Assembly: GCA_035630015.1 (NCBI GenBank)
Contig: DASQLM010000413.1
Location: forward strand, 47,519-111,518
Length of the DNA: 64,000 nt
Origin: Thermoleophilaceae bacterium
Lineage (GTDB): Bacteria; Actinomycetota; Thermoleophilia; Solirubrobacterales; Thermoleophilaceae
Direction of reading: 5' to 3'
A program made the translations under genes and the position numbers. Positions 8,838-17,511 of this stretch are shown piece by piece. The notes beneath the pieces are model-generated. The model was given only the letters and a program-made list of their open reading frames with translations, made no database searches and was not told the DNA's origin. Within the stretch, counting starts at the first letter, position 1, and the number at the start of each line of letters is the position of its first letter.

Positions 8838-9802
8838 GACGCCGCCGCCCTGGCCGCAAGGGCGGCGTCGAGCCTGGTGCGCACCTCTGCTTCCGCACCG
8901 CCGACGGGCACGAGGCCGAGCGCCTCGACCGCTTCGAAGGCCTCGCTTGCGTTCTCGACATCCTCGTCCTCAAGGGGCTCGGCGGCGACCGTGATGCCGG
9001 CGTCGGTCGCGAGCTCCTCCAGCAACGCGGCCAGCGGGCCGGGCTGCTCGCCCGGATCGGCCAGGCTCAGCCGGCCGCCGACCACCGCCGCCAGGCGCCC
9101 GCCCAGGCGGGAGGGGCGAGACTCCAGCCCGGCCTGGACCTGTTCGAGGCGCCGAACGGTGACCACGGGGCCGTCGGCCCGCTCGTCCGCCAGGTCCAGG
9201 AAGCCGGGGGCCAGGCCGTCGGCCACGGCGAAGGTGAACACCAGATCGCCCTTGCCCGCCCCGCGCGCCCGGGCGAGCGCCGCGTCGAGCGCGGCGGTCA
9301 GCTCCGGCGCCTCCGGCACCCGGGCGATGCCGGCCGCGGTCGCGCGCCGGCGGAGCCGGTCAACGTGCTCGTCGACCAGGAGCGGCCGGCCCCCGTACGT
9401 GCGGCCGCTCTCCACGACGGTTGTGCGCTGCAGCGCCAGCGCCTCGGGCAGCGGCTCGCGCCGGCCCTCGGGCGCCGGAACGCCGAATCCCGGCACCGCA
9501 TAGGCGTCGCCCTCGCGCCAGGCGGTGGTGTGCACCGCCCGGTCGTCCACGTAGACCGCGGCGCTGGGCTTGCCCAGCTGGAGCTCGTCGTAGCGCACGC
9601 CCCAGCGCTGGAGCTGGCCCTCGGTGGTTTCGCGCCAGTCGAGGCCGGTGGCGGTGCCGCGGGCGGTGAAGACGATGATCCGGTGGCCGGCCTCGGCCAG
9701 CGCGTTGACCCGCTCGATCGCCCACGGGAACGGCTCGGCCTCGTCGTAGGCGCCGTAGGTGTTCGTGCACAGGGTGCCGTCCAGGTCGAAGCAGACGGTC
9801 AT
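8834..9802 (-). CDS. HAD-superfamily phosphatase (candidate Kdo-8-P phosphatase) fused to a C-terminal domain resembling a degenerate class IV aminotransferase fold
   Basis: HAD motifs CFDLDGTLC (DxDxT), IIVFTARG and GKPSAAVYVDDRA. The C-terminal half (GRTYGGRPLLVDEHVDRLRRRATAAGI ... GDLVFTFAV) resembles the class IV aminotransferase / PabC N-lobe. The ATG at 9802 is preferred over the TTG at 9826. Confidence 0.6.
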   Translation of the reverse strand: MTVCFDLDGTLCTNTYGAYDEAEPFPWAIERVNALAEAGHRIIVFTARGTATGLDWRETTEGQLQRWGVRYDELQLGKPSAAVYVDDRAVHTTAWREGDAYAVPGFGVPAPEGRREPLPEALALQRTTVVESGRTYGGRPLLVDEHVDRLRRRATAAGIARVPEAPELTAALDAALARARGAGKGDLVFTFAVADGLAPGFLDLADERADGPVVTVRRLEQVQAGLESRPSRLGGRLAAVVGGRLSLADPGEQPGPLAALLEELATDAGITVAAEPLEDEDVENASEAFEAVEALGLVPVGGAEAEVRTRLDAALAARAAAS

Positions 9803-9846
9803 GGCCTGTTCCTGGTCCTCAGCCAAGCGGGGGAGCGTACCCGAGG

Positions 9847-10791
9847 TCAGGCCGCGAGCTCCAGCGGCGGCGGCGAGGCCGTCCGCTGTACGCGGCCGCG
9901 CGCAGCGCGCTCGAGGTCGTCAAGGGTCAGCTCGTCGACCTCCCGGGCCACCGCCAGGTCCCGGCGGGCCAGCTCGGCCGCGATCAGCTGCTGGTGGTCG
10001 TCCACGTGCTCGCCGCGGTGGCCACGGCGGGGAACCAGCAGGGGCGCGTGGCCGGACTGGACCGCGGCCAGCGACGAGCCCACGCCTGCGTGCGCCACGA
10101 CCACGTCGGCCGCGCGCATCGCCTCGTCCATCTCGTGCGCCGGCATGGCCGGTCGTCCGTCGATCGGATAGCGCGAGACGTCGGTCGACCCCGTCTGCCA
10201 GAGCACCTCCGCGCCGGCAGGCAGGATGCTCAGCAAGCGCTCCACCAGCTCCTCGAACCCGTAGGACTTGATGGTCCCGAGCGTGACCACGACCTTCTGC
10301 AGCTGGGTGTGGTCGCGGCTCGGAGCCTGTGCGAAGCCGTCGAACACGGAGCCGGCGTAGCGCCAGTCGCCTGTGGCCCAGCCCGCGTACTGCGTGTAGA
10401 GATTGACGCCGTGGACGCGCGACAGGATCCGCCCGGTCAGCGACGGGCCCTCGCTCCGGGCCGCGCTCTCGACGTAATGGCAGGGGATCGACCGGGCCCG
10501 GGCCAGCGGCATGTAGGTCAGGGCGATCCCGGAGCCGGTGCTGACCACGGCGCTGATCTCGTTCTCCTGGAGGGTGTTCCGGGCCGGACGCAGGCTGCGT
10601 GTCAGGGCGCGGTAGTCGCGGGGCTCGATGGGCGGGGAGAAGACCACCCGCTCGCCCTTCAGGCGTGACCGGCTCTGTGGAGTGTCCGACGTGGCCCAGA
10701 CCACGTCGTGTCCGAGATCGCCGAGACGGGGACGCAGTCGGATCAGCTCGTCCAGGTGTCCGCCGGTCGATGCCGCGAGGAGTGTGGGCAC
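9847..10791 (-). CDS. Alg14-like/Alg13-like fused glycosyltransferase (EpsE/EpsF, CpsF/CpsG, PssD/PssE type; GT28 C-terminal domain)
   Basis: Distal 315 aa of composite ORF 9847..12198. N-terminal LLAASTGGHLDEL (Alg14-type), and C-terminal VVVTLGT ... ADVVVAHAGVGSSL ... PLLVPRR (Alg13/MurG-type). The GTG at 10791 is chosen because the upstream part of the ORF is antisense to the divergent gene. Confidence 0.72.
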   Translation of the reverse strand: MPTLLAASTGGHLDELIRLRPRLGDLGHDVVWATSDTPQSRSRLKGERVVFSPPIEPRDYRALTRSLRPARNTLQENEISAVVSTGSGIALTYMPLARARSIPCHYVESAARSEGPSLTGRILSRVHGVNLYTQYAGWATGDWRYAGSVFDGFAQAPSRDHTQLQKVVVTLGTIKSYGFEELVERLLSILPAGAEVLWQTGSTDVSRYPIDGRPAMPAHEMDEAMRAADVVVAHAGVGSSLAAVQSGHAPLLVPRRGHRGEHVDDHQQLIAAELARRDLAVAREVDELTLDDLERAARGRVQRTASPPPLELAA

Positions 10792-10836
10792 GGCGATCCA
10801 GCGTAGGTCACCACCGAGCGCCGCGCCACACGTTCC

Positions 10837-10842
10837 TATGAT
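10837..10842 (+). promoter_or_regulatory. Candidate -10 hexamer TATGAT, 6 nt upstream of the GTG start at 10849. This implies a leaderless or near-leaderless mRNA.
   Basis: TATGAT then gcgccg then GTG, inside a 57-bp divergent intergenic region. No convincing -35 element seen. Confidence 0.3.
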
Positions 10843-10848
10843 GCGCCG

Positions 10849-12834
10849 GTGAGCTCGCCAGCACGGATCGCCTCCGCGGGCCTGCTCGCGCTCCCCGGCG
10901 CCCTCGTCATCTTCCTGGCGTTCTCGGGCGGCGGCTACTTCCCGGGCACCTTCTCGCTGGCCGGCCTGGTCCTGGCACTGGTGCTGGTGCTGCGCGTGAC
11001 GCTGGCCGACAAGCCGTTCGCGGGGCTCACCGGCCTGTCGGTGGCGATCATCGTGCTGCTGGGCCTGTTCGCCGTGTGGACGCTGGGGTCGGTGATCTGG
11101 TCGGACTCCGGCGGGCGGGCGTTCCTGGAGTTCGAGCGGGCCCTGATGTACCTGCTGGCCTTCACCCTGTGCGCCTCGCTGCCCCAGACGTCGGCCCGGC
11201 TGCGCTGGATGCTGCGCGGCATCGCCGCCGGACTGGTGGTGGTGTGCGGGATCGCCCTGGTCACCCGTGTGGCGGCCGACGTGTGGCCGATATCCGAGAA
11301 CGTGTCCGCCAATCGCCTGAGCTTTCCCCTGACGTACTGGAACTCCCTGGGGCTCATGGCGGCGGGGGGCGGGCTGCTGTGCCTGCACCTCACGGCCGAC
11401 GAGCGCGAGCCGCTCCTGGTGCGGGCGCTGGGAGCGGCGGCGCTGCCGGTCCTGATGGCCACGCTGTTGTTCACGTTCTCGCGCGGGGGGATCGTGGCCG
11501 GTGCGGTGGGGCTGGTCCTGTACGTGGTGCTGGGCCACCCGCGGGGACTGCTCGGCGCGCTGGTCGCCACGCTGGCCCCGGTGGTGATCACGCTGAAGGT
11601 GGCCTACGACGCGGAGCTGCTGCAGACCGGCGACTTCGCCGCCCCCGCGGCCGTGGACCAGGGCCACGAGGTCGCGCTCGTGGTCGTCGGCGCGGCGGTG
11701 GTGGCGGCGCTGGTCCGGGTGGCGATGGCACCGGTGGACAACCGGCTGGCGCGCGTGGAACTTCCGACGCCGCCCCGCGCCGCGCTGGCGGGGGGAGGGC
11801 TGCTCGCGCTCGCCCTCGTGGTGGGCGCGTTGGTGGCCGCGGGCGCGCCGGGCTACGTCTCGGACCAGTACGACGGCTTCGTGAACGGCGGCGGCCTCAA
11901 GGACGACGACGACGACCTGCGCGCGCGCCTGACCAACCCGGCCAACAACGGCCGGCTCGACCACTGGGAGGTCGCGGTGGACGCATACCGCGACCACCGC
12001 GTGCGGGGTGCCGGCGCCGGCACCTACCAGCTGCTGTGGGCGCGGGATCGCCCGATCGCCTTCAGCGTGGTGGACGGGCACTCGCTGTACCTCGAGGTGC
12101 TGGGTGAGCTGGGCCTGGTCGGGCTCGCCCTGATGGTGGCGGCCATCCTGGCGCTGTTGTTCGGCCTCGCCCGGCGCCTCTGGCGGCATCCCGCCCACAG
12201 GGCGCTGTACGCCGCGGTGCTGTCCGTGACCGTGGCGTGGGCACTGCGTGCCGGGGCCGACTGGGACTGGGAGATGCCGGCGGTCACGCTGTGGGTGTGG
12301 TGCCTGGGTGCCCTGGCCGTGGGAGCGCGCCGGGGCAAGCGCCCGCTGGCCATCGACCTGCCGCGCACCGCGCGCGTGGCCATTGCACTCGCCCTGCTGG
12401 CCGTGGCGGTCACGCCGCTGGTCACGATCAAGTCCCAGACCGAGCTGAACCGCAGTCGCAAGGCGTTCGAGCGCAACGACTGCCGGACCTCCATCGACGC
12501 CTCCCTGGCGTCCATCTCGGCGCTGCCGATGCGATCGGAGCCCTGGGAGCTGCTGGGCTACTGCGACCTGCGGCTCGATCGCACGGTCCTGGCCCGGCGC
12601 GCGCTCCGTGAGGCCGTGGCCCGCGACCCCCGCTCATGGGAGCCGCACTACGGCCTCGCGCTCGTGCTGGCCGCCTCGGGGCGCGACCCCCGCACGGCGG
12701 CCCGCCGTGCCCGGGAGCTCAACCCCTTGGAGCCGCGCACCCGCGCCGCCAGTCGGGCGTTCCGGATCTCGGAACGGGCCTCCTGGCGGCGCTGGGCGTT
12801 GCGCGCCCCGCTTCCGCTACCGCCGAGGCGCTAG
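10849..12834 (+). CDS. O-antigen ligase / Wzy-family polytopic membrane protein with a C-terminal TPR-like soluble domain
   Basis: 661 aa with many hydrophobic segments. The Wzy_C-type core is NNGRLDHWEVAVDAY ... GAGAGTY ... DGHSLYLEVLGELGLVGLAL. The C-terminal ~130 aa are helical-repeat-like (ALREAVARDPRSWEPHYGLALVLAASG). Confidence 0.8.
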   Translation: MSSPARIASAGLLALPGALVIFLAFSGGGYFPGTFSLAGLVLALVLVLRVTLADKPFAGLTGLSVAIIVLLGLFAVWTLGSVIWSDSGGRAFLEFERALMYLLAFTLCASLPQTSARLRWMLRGIAAGLVVVCGIALVTRVAADVWPISENVSANRLSFPLTYWNSLGLMAAGGGLLCLHLTADEREPLLVRALGAAALPVLMATLLFTFSRGGIVAGAVGLVLYVVLGHPRGLLGALVATLAPVVITLKVAYDAELLQTGDFAAPAAVDQGHEVALVVVGAAVVAALVRVAMAPVDNRLARVELPTPPRAALAGGGLLALALVVGALVAAGAPGYVSDQYDGFVNGGGLKDDDDDLRARLTNPANNGRLDHWEVAVDAYRDHRVRGAGAGTYQLLWARDRPIAFSVVDGHSLYLEVLGELGLVGLALMVAAILALLFGLARRLWRHPAHRALYAAVLSVTVAWALRAGADWDWEMPAVTLWVWCLGALAVGARRGKRPLAIDLPRTARVAIALALLAVAVTPLVTIKSQTELNRSRKAFERNDCRTSIDASLASISALPMRSEPWELLGYCDLRLDRTVLARRALREAVARDPRSWEPHYGLALVLAASGRDPRTAARRARELNPLEPRTRAASRAFRISERASWRRWALRAPLPLPPRR

Positions 12835-13451
12835 GCGGAGTGGCGCTCTGACGAGGTACGCAGGCGCAGCAGGAATCCACCGCTGAGCATGACCACGCCG
12901 ATCAGGAGCAGCGGCAGAGCCACGAGGCCGGTGAACGGCAGACGGCCGTCGCTGCCGCCGCTGGCGACCTGCTTGGTCTCCTGCGCGTCGTCGCCACCGG
13001 TGTCGGCGGTCGGCGCGGTGTCGCCCTGATCCGGAGTGAGGCTCGGCTTGGTATCGGAGTCCTCCGGGCAGTTGGTCTGCGAGGAGCGGGCACCCGTGGT
13101 GGTGCAGCCGCCCTCGTCCTCGGACGGAGCGACAGCGCCCGTGTCGGGCGTGGTGGTGGTGTTCTGCACGTACTGCGCGACGCCCGCGCTGCCGTCGGTC
13201 GACAGGCCGGACACGGCCAGGCTGGCCCCGCTCCCGCCCACCAGGATGGCGCCGGACACCAGGGAGACCATCGCCAGCCGGGCGGGGGAGAGAAAGCGGC
13301 CGCGGGGGGCATGAGCCCGCGCGGAGGCCGCGGTCACGGCCCGGCGCTTGGCGCGCCCGAGCTCGTCCTCTGTCGGGACGGGCCGGTCGGCGTGGAGCTG
13401 ACGCTCGATGGCGCCGAAGTCTTCGGGGGAGTTGTCGCTCTCGTGGTTCAC
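12831..13451 (-). CDS. Small surface protein with an N-terminal charged region plus a TM/signal segment, a T/D/G-rich linker and a C-terminal LPFTG sortase-type sorting signal
   Basis: 206 aa. The hydrophobic segment LAMVSLVSGAILVGG lies near residue 60. The C-terminus reads LPFTG + LVALPLLLIGVVMLSGGFLL + RLRTSSER, i.e. LPXTG, a hydrophobic stretch and a basic tail. Divergent from the ECF sigma gene across 51 bp. Confidence 0.6.
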   Translation of the reverse strand: MNHESDNSPEDFGAIERQLHADRPVPTEDELGRAKRRAVTAASARAHAPRGRFLSPARLAMVSLVSGAILVGGSGASLAVSGLSTDGSAGVAQYVQNTTTTPDTGAVAPSEDEGGCTTTGARSSQTNCPEDSDTKPSLTPDQGDTAPTADTGGDDAQETKQVASGGSDGRLPFTGLVALPLLLIGVVMLSGGFLLRLRTSSERHSA

Positions 13452-13502
13452 ACAGCCCTATACGAACGAGACAGGCGATTCCTTTTCCAGCATCATCGAG
13501 CA

Positions 13503-13991
13503 ATGCGCGAAGGCGACTTCGAGCGGCTGTTCTCCGACCACGCCGCCCCGCTGTTCGGCTTCCTGGTCTACCGCACCGGCGACCGGGCCCTGGCCGAGGA
13601 CCTCCTCGCGGACACGTTCGAGCGCGCGCTGACCACCCGGGCGCGCCTGGACCGGCGCCGCGGCACCGAGAAGGCCTGGCTGTACACGATCGCGCTCAAC
13701 CTGCTGCGCGACCACGCCCGCCGTGCCGCGGTCGAGGAGAGGGCACTGGAGCGCATCGGCGCCGATCCCGGCACGGATGACCGTTCGCTCGAGGCCGTGG
13801 AGGCCCGCGACGAGGCGATGAAGCTGATGGGCGCGCTCGAGCCCGAAGAGCGCGAGGCCGTGGCCCTGCGCTACGGGGCCGAGCTCACGGTGCCCGAGAT
13901 CGCACGGGTGCTCGACGTCCCGCTGACCACGGCCGAGAGCCGGCTGTACCGGGCCCTGCGGCGCATGCGTCAGCACGGGGACGCGACCTAA
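13503..13991 (+). CDS. ECF-type (group IV) sigma-70 family RNA polymerase sigma factor
   Basis: Distal part of ORF 13311..13991, from the ATG at 13503 (MREGDFERLF). Region 2 reads LFGFLVYRTGDRALAEDLLADTFERAL. Region 4 reads EEREAVALRYGAELTVPEIARVLDVPLTTAESRLYRALRRMR. Confidence 0.85.
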   Translation: MREGDFERLFSDHAAPLFGFLVYRTGDRALAEDLLADTFERALTTRARLDRRRGTEKAWLYTIALNLLRDHARRAAVEERALERIGADPGTDDRSLEAVEARDEAMKLMGALEPEEREAVALRYGAELTVPEIARVLDVPLTTAESRLYRALRRMRQHGDAT

Positions 13992-14078
13992 AAGCGTTAC
14001 ATCACCTGCCCCGGTTTGCGGTACAAGCTCGGTGGACCTAGATTGGGTCACCCGGTGGCATGACCGGGTTGGGCACCC

Positions 14079-15635
14079 GTGAGTAACGAAACCTCCACAT
14101 TGGGAACCGGCGAATCGGCACCCGTGCCGGACGCAGCGCATGCTCCCGAAGACCGGGCGGCGCTCCTTGCCCCCGTCCTGCAGCAGCGTGCCTTCGGCGG
14201 GCGCTACCGCGAGATCCCCGAGGGGGTCGCGGACTCCGAGATCCTGGACCGCGAGCGCACCTACCGGCGGCTGCTGGGGGTGGCGGACGTGCTGTCGGCC
14301 GCGCTGGCGGTCTTCGTCGGCGTCGAGCTCCTGGGCAAGTACGACTCGCTGACCGTCTGGGTGATCCTGGCGCTGCCGGCCGTCCTGCTGGTCAGCAAGA
14401 CCCTCGGTCTCTACGACCGCGACGAGAACGTCGTGAAGAAGACCACCCTGGACGAGGCGCCGGCGCTGTTCCAGGTGGCCACGCTCTACGCCTTCGTGAT
14501 CTGGCTGTGCGAGCCCATCTTCGTCGACGGCGAGCTCGGCACCGGCCAGGTGGTGGGCCTGTGGGGCCTGCTGTTCCTCTCGATGCTGGTCGTGCGGATG
14601 AGCGCCCGCGGCCTCAGCCGGCGCTGGCTGGTCCCCGAGCGCTGCCTCGTGGTCGGCGACGTGGGCAGCGCGGCCCGGGTGTCGCGCAAGTTCGAGGCCC
14701 TGCCGGGCGTGCGCGCCGAGGTCGTCGGCCGGGTGCCGATCCGCTCCGAGCACGACCGCAGCGACTCACCACCCGACCTCCCGTTCGGCGCTCCGCCCAC
14801 GCTGGGCGAGCTCGACGCGCTGGGCCTGGTCCTGGTCGAGGAGGGCGTCCACCGCGTGGTCATCGCTCCTGGCGCCGCGGACTCCCGGGACGTGCTGAAC
14901 GTGGTCCGGCTGGTCAAGTCGATGGGCGTGCGGGTGAGCCTGCTGCCGCGGCTGACCGAGGTCGTGGGCTCGTCGGTGGAGTTCGACGACCTCGAAGGCC
15001 TGACGATGCTCGGCCTGCGCCGCTACGGCCTGTCGCGCTCCTCGCGGGCGCTCAAGCGGACGATGGACCTGGTGGTCTCGGTCTCGATCCTGACGCTTCT
15101 CGCGCCCCTGCTGGCGCTGATCGCCGTCGCCGTGAAGCTCGGCTCGCCCGGTCCGGTGCTCTTCCGCCAGCGGCGGATCGGCCTCGAGGGCCAGTCCTTC
15201 GAGATGTTCAAGTTCCGCTCCATGCGCGACGGCGCCGAGGAGGCCCGGGCCGAGCTGGAAGCGCTGAACGAGGCCGACGAGGGCTTCTTCAAGATCGCCG
15301 ACGACCCGCGCCTGACCACCGTCGGTGGCTACCTGCGGCGCGCGTCGCTGGATGAGCTGCCCCAGCTGCTGAACGTCGTGCGCGGCGACATGAGCCTGGT
15401 CGGCCCGCGGCCGCTGGTGCCCGACGAGGACCGCCAGGTCATGGGCCTGGACCGTCGCCGCCTGCACGTGATGCCCGGCGTCACGGGCGTCTGGCAGATC
15501 TACGGCTCGTCCCGCGTGCCCATGCGGGAGATGGTCACCGTGGACTACCTCTACGGGGCCAACTGGTCGCTGTGGCTGGACGTGAAGATCCTGCTGCGCA
15601 CGGTGCCGCACGCCATCGGCCTGCGGAATCTCTGA
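14079..15635 (+). CDS. Large polyprenyl-phosphate glycosyl-1-phosphate transferase (WbaP/CpsE-type bacterial sugar transferase), copy 1
   Basis: 518 aa with N-terminal TM segments and a central domain. The C-terminal catalytic core is KRTMDLVVS ... LFRQRRIGLEGQSFEMFKFRSM ... DELPQLLNVVRGDMSLVGPRP. GTG start. Confidence 0.9.
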   Translation: MSNETSTLGTGESAPVPDAAHAPEDRAALLAPVLQQRAFGGRYREIPEGVADSEILDRERTYRRLLGVADVLSAALAVFVGVELLGKYDSLTVWVILALPAVLLVSKTLGLYDRDENVVKKTTLDEAPALFQVATLYAFVIWLCEPIFVDGELGTGQVVGLWGLLFLSMLVVRMSARGLSRRWLVPERCLVVGDVGSAARVSRKFEALPGVRAEVVGRVPIRSEHDRSDSPPDLPFGAPPTLGELDALGLVLVEEGVHRVVIAPGAADSRDVLNVVRLVKSMGVRVSLLPRLTEVVGSSVEFDDLEGLTMLGLRRYGLSRSSRALKRTMDLVVSVSILTLLAPLLALIAVAVKLGSPGPVLFRQRRIGLEGQSFEMFKFRSMRDGAEEARAELEALNEADEGFFKIADDPRLTTVGGYLRRASLDELPQLLNVVRGDMSLVGPRPLVPDEDRQVMGLDRRRLHVMPGVTGVWQIYGSSRVPMREMVTVDYLYGANWSLWLDVKILLRTVPHAIGLRNL

Positions 15636-15650
15636 ACGTGCGTAGTCGCG

Positions 15651-15679
15651 CTGGCACCTTTGCGGTATTGACCTAGACT
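15651..15679 (+). promoter_or_regulatory. Candidate sigma-70-type promoter: -35 CTGGCA, 17 bp spacer, -10 TAGACT
   Basis: Lies in the 58-bp gap before the first coiled-coil gene. A GGAGAA Shine-Dalgarno-like element at 15680-15685 sits 8 nt before the ATG, which partly conflicts with this placement. Weak call. Confidence 0.25.
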
Positions 15680-15693
15680 GGAGAACGCACGGC

Positions 15694-17508
15694 ATGAAGC
15701 TCAGGCGAGACAAGCTGGACGGGCCCGAGGGCGGCCCGCCTGAGCACGAGGAGGAGCTTCCCGAACCGATGGACGAGACACCGCTGGACCCAGCCGAGCC
15801 GATGGACGCGACCGAGCCGCCTGCGGCGTTCGCCGCGAGCTCGTCTGAGGTGCAGTCGCTGCTCGACGGCGAGCGCGAAGCGCAGGAGCTGCTGGAGCGC
15901 CGGCGCGCGTCGCTGCGCTCGGCCGTGGTCGCCGAGGGTGAGCGCAGGCTGGCCGAGGCCCAGTCGAACTTCGACCGCGAGCGCCAGGAGCTGGAGAGCC
16001 GCATGGCCGCCGCCCAGGCCGAGGCCGACCAGACCGTCGCCGAATTGCGCACGACCCAGGAGAAGCTGGGCAAGGAGCTCGAGCAGGAGCGCACGCGCAC
16101 GATGGAGCTGCAGGCCGAGACCGAGGAGCTGGGCAGCTCGCTGAGCGCCACCCAGGAGTCGCTGGACCAGGTCCGCTCCGAGCTGGTCAGCGTAGAGGGC
16201 GAGCTCAAGAAGGAGCGCGAGCAGGCCCGGGCCGCCGCCGAGCAGGCCCAGAGCCAGTTGGCCCAGATCCGCGCCCAGGCCGAGCAGCGCACGGCGGAGG
16301 TCCGCAAGGAGCACGAGCAGACCAGCGTCGATCTCGAGCGCGAGCGCACCCGCCGGGGGGAGCTGCAGGAGCAGCTCGAACACGAGACCGCCGAGCTGGA
16401 GCGGGCCCGCGAGGGCCTGACCCACGCCCAGGCCGAGCTGGAGGAGACACGCGGCAAGGCGGATGCGGCCGAGCGCAAGGCCGTGGAGGTCCGCGCCCAG
16501 GCCGAGTCCTGGGTCAAGGAGGTGCGCGGCCGCGTCGAGGCGGGCGAGCAGGAACTGGCCGAGGCGCGTGCGCAGGCCCAGGAGCGGGTCGCCGCCGTCC
16601 GCGAGGATCACGAGCACCTGGTGCTGGGCCTCGAGCGCGAGCGCACCCGCACCGGGGACCTGGAGGCGCGCCTCGAGGAGGCCGTCCGTGCCGCCGAGAA
16701 GGCCGAGACCCAGAGCGCGCGCGCCCAGAGCGAGCGGGACGAGACGCGAGCGGCGCTGGAGAGCGAGCGCGAGCAGAACCGCGAGCGGCTCGCGGCGGCC
16801 GAGGAGCGGCACAAGACCGTCCGGTCCCGGGCCGACGAGCGCGTGGCGGCGGTCCGCGCCAGCCACGAGGAGCTGGGGCAGCAACTGGAGAGCGAGCGAA
16901 CCCGGATCAGCGAGCTGGAGGCGCAGCTGGCCCGCGACAGCCAGGCGCTCGAGCAGGCGCGCGCGGAGACCGAGGACGCGCACGCCCGGCTCGACGAGGC
17001 GCGCACCCGCGCCGACGCCGAGGCCCGCCAGCGTGAGGAGCTGGCCCAGCGCCTGCAGGCGGTCGTCGAGCTCGAGGCGGACGCGCGCGAGTCACGCGAG
17101 CAACGGCTCAAGGAGCTCGAGGACTCGCTGGCGCACGCCGAGGGGTCGGCCCGCGAGGCCTGGCGCCGCGTCGAGGCCGGCGGAGAGCCCGGGGCCGAGG
17201 GGCGGCCCGAGCCCGCGCCCAAGGCACCGAACGGCGCGAGCGTCCACAGCAACGGGGCCGAGACCGACGAGACCGCGAAGGCGCGCAGCCGCCGGGCCCG
17301 GCGGCGGGTACAGCCGTCCGAGGGTGTCAGCGGGGCATGCTCGATCTGCCAGGCGACGCCGCCCGGCAGCAGTGAGGCGGACTTGAGCAAGAAGGGCTGG
17401 CTCAAGCAGGGGGACGTGATCCTGTGCGCGGACTGCCAGGACGAGGGCTGGCAGCTCCCCGCGGGCGCCACGGCACCTGTTCGTCGCCTCTCAGACCGTC
17501 AGGGCTAG
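15694..17508 (+). CDS. Giant cytoplasmic coiled-coil protein with a conserved C-terminal CxxC-25-CxxC motif (paralog 1). Function unknown.
   Basis: 604 aa, starting MKLRRDK with an acidic, Pro-rich head. It then has ~450 aa of E/A/R/Q/L-rich sequence with recurring modules, and a C-terminus CSICQ ... GW ... LCADCQDEGWQLP ... VRRLSDRQG. No signal peptide or TM segment. Confidence 0.75.
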   Translation: MKLRRDKLDGPEGGPPEHEEELPEPMDETPLDPAEPMDATEPPAAFAASSSEVQSLLDGEREAQELLERRRASLRSAVVAEGERRLAEAQSNFDRERQELESRMAAAQAEADQTVAELRTTQEKLGKELEQERTRTMELQAETEELGSSLSATQESLDQVRSELVSVEGELKKEREQARAAAEQAQSQLAQIRAQAEQRTAEVRKEHEQTSVDLERERTRRGELQEQLEHETAELERAREGLTHAQAELEETRGKADAAERKAVEVRAQAESWVKEVRGRVEAGEQELAEARAQAQERVAAVREDHEHLVLGLERERTRTGDLEARLEEAVRAAEKAETQSARAQSERDETRAALESEREQNRERLAAAEERHKTVRSRADERVAAVRASHEELGQQLESERTRISELEAQLARDSQALEQARAETEDAHARLDEARTRADAEARQREELAQRLQAVVELEADARESREQRLKELEDSLAHAEGSAREAWRRVEAGGEPGAEGRPEPAPKAPNGASVHSNGAETDETAKARSRRARRRVQPSEGVSGACSICQATPPGSSEADLSKKGWLKQGDVILCADCQDEGWQLPAGATAPVRRLSDRQG

Positions 17509-17511
17509 CCC

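Noticed and set aside
14051-14068. Short inverted repeat CCCGGT-GGCATG-ACCGGG after the ECF sigma gene, considered as a possible intrinsic terminator
   Set aside because: The stem is only 6 bp, there is no following T-tract, and it sits just before the next start codon. This is not convincing as a terminator.
15652-15663. Sigma-54-like TGGCAC ... TTGC element upstream of the first coiled-coil gene
   Set aside because: The GG and GC dinucleotides are separated by 7 nt rather than the canonical 10. A sigma-54 system is also not expected in the inferred host group.
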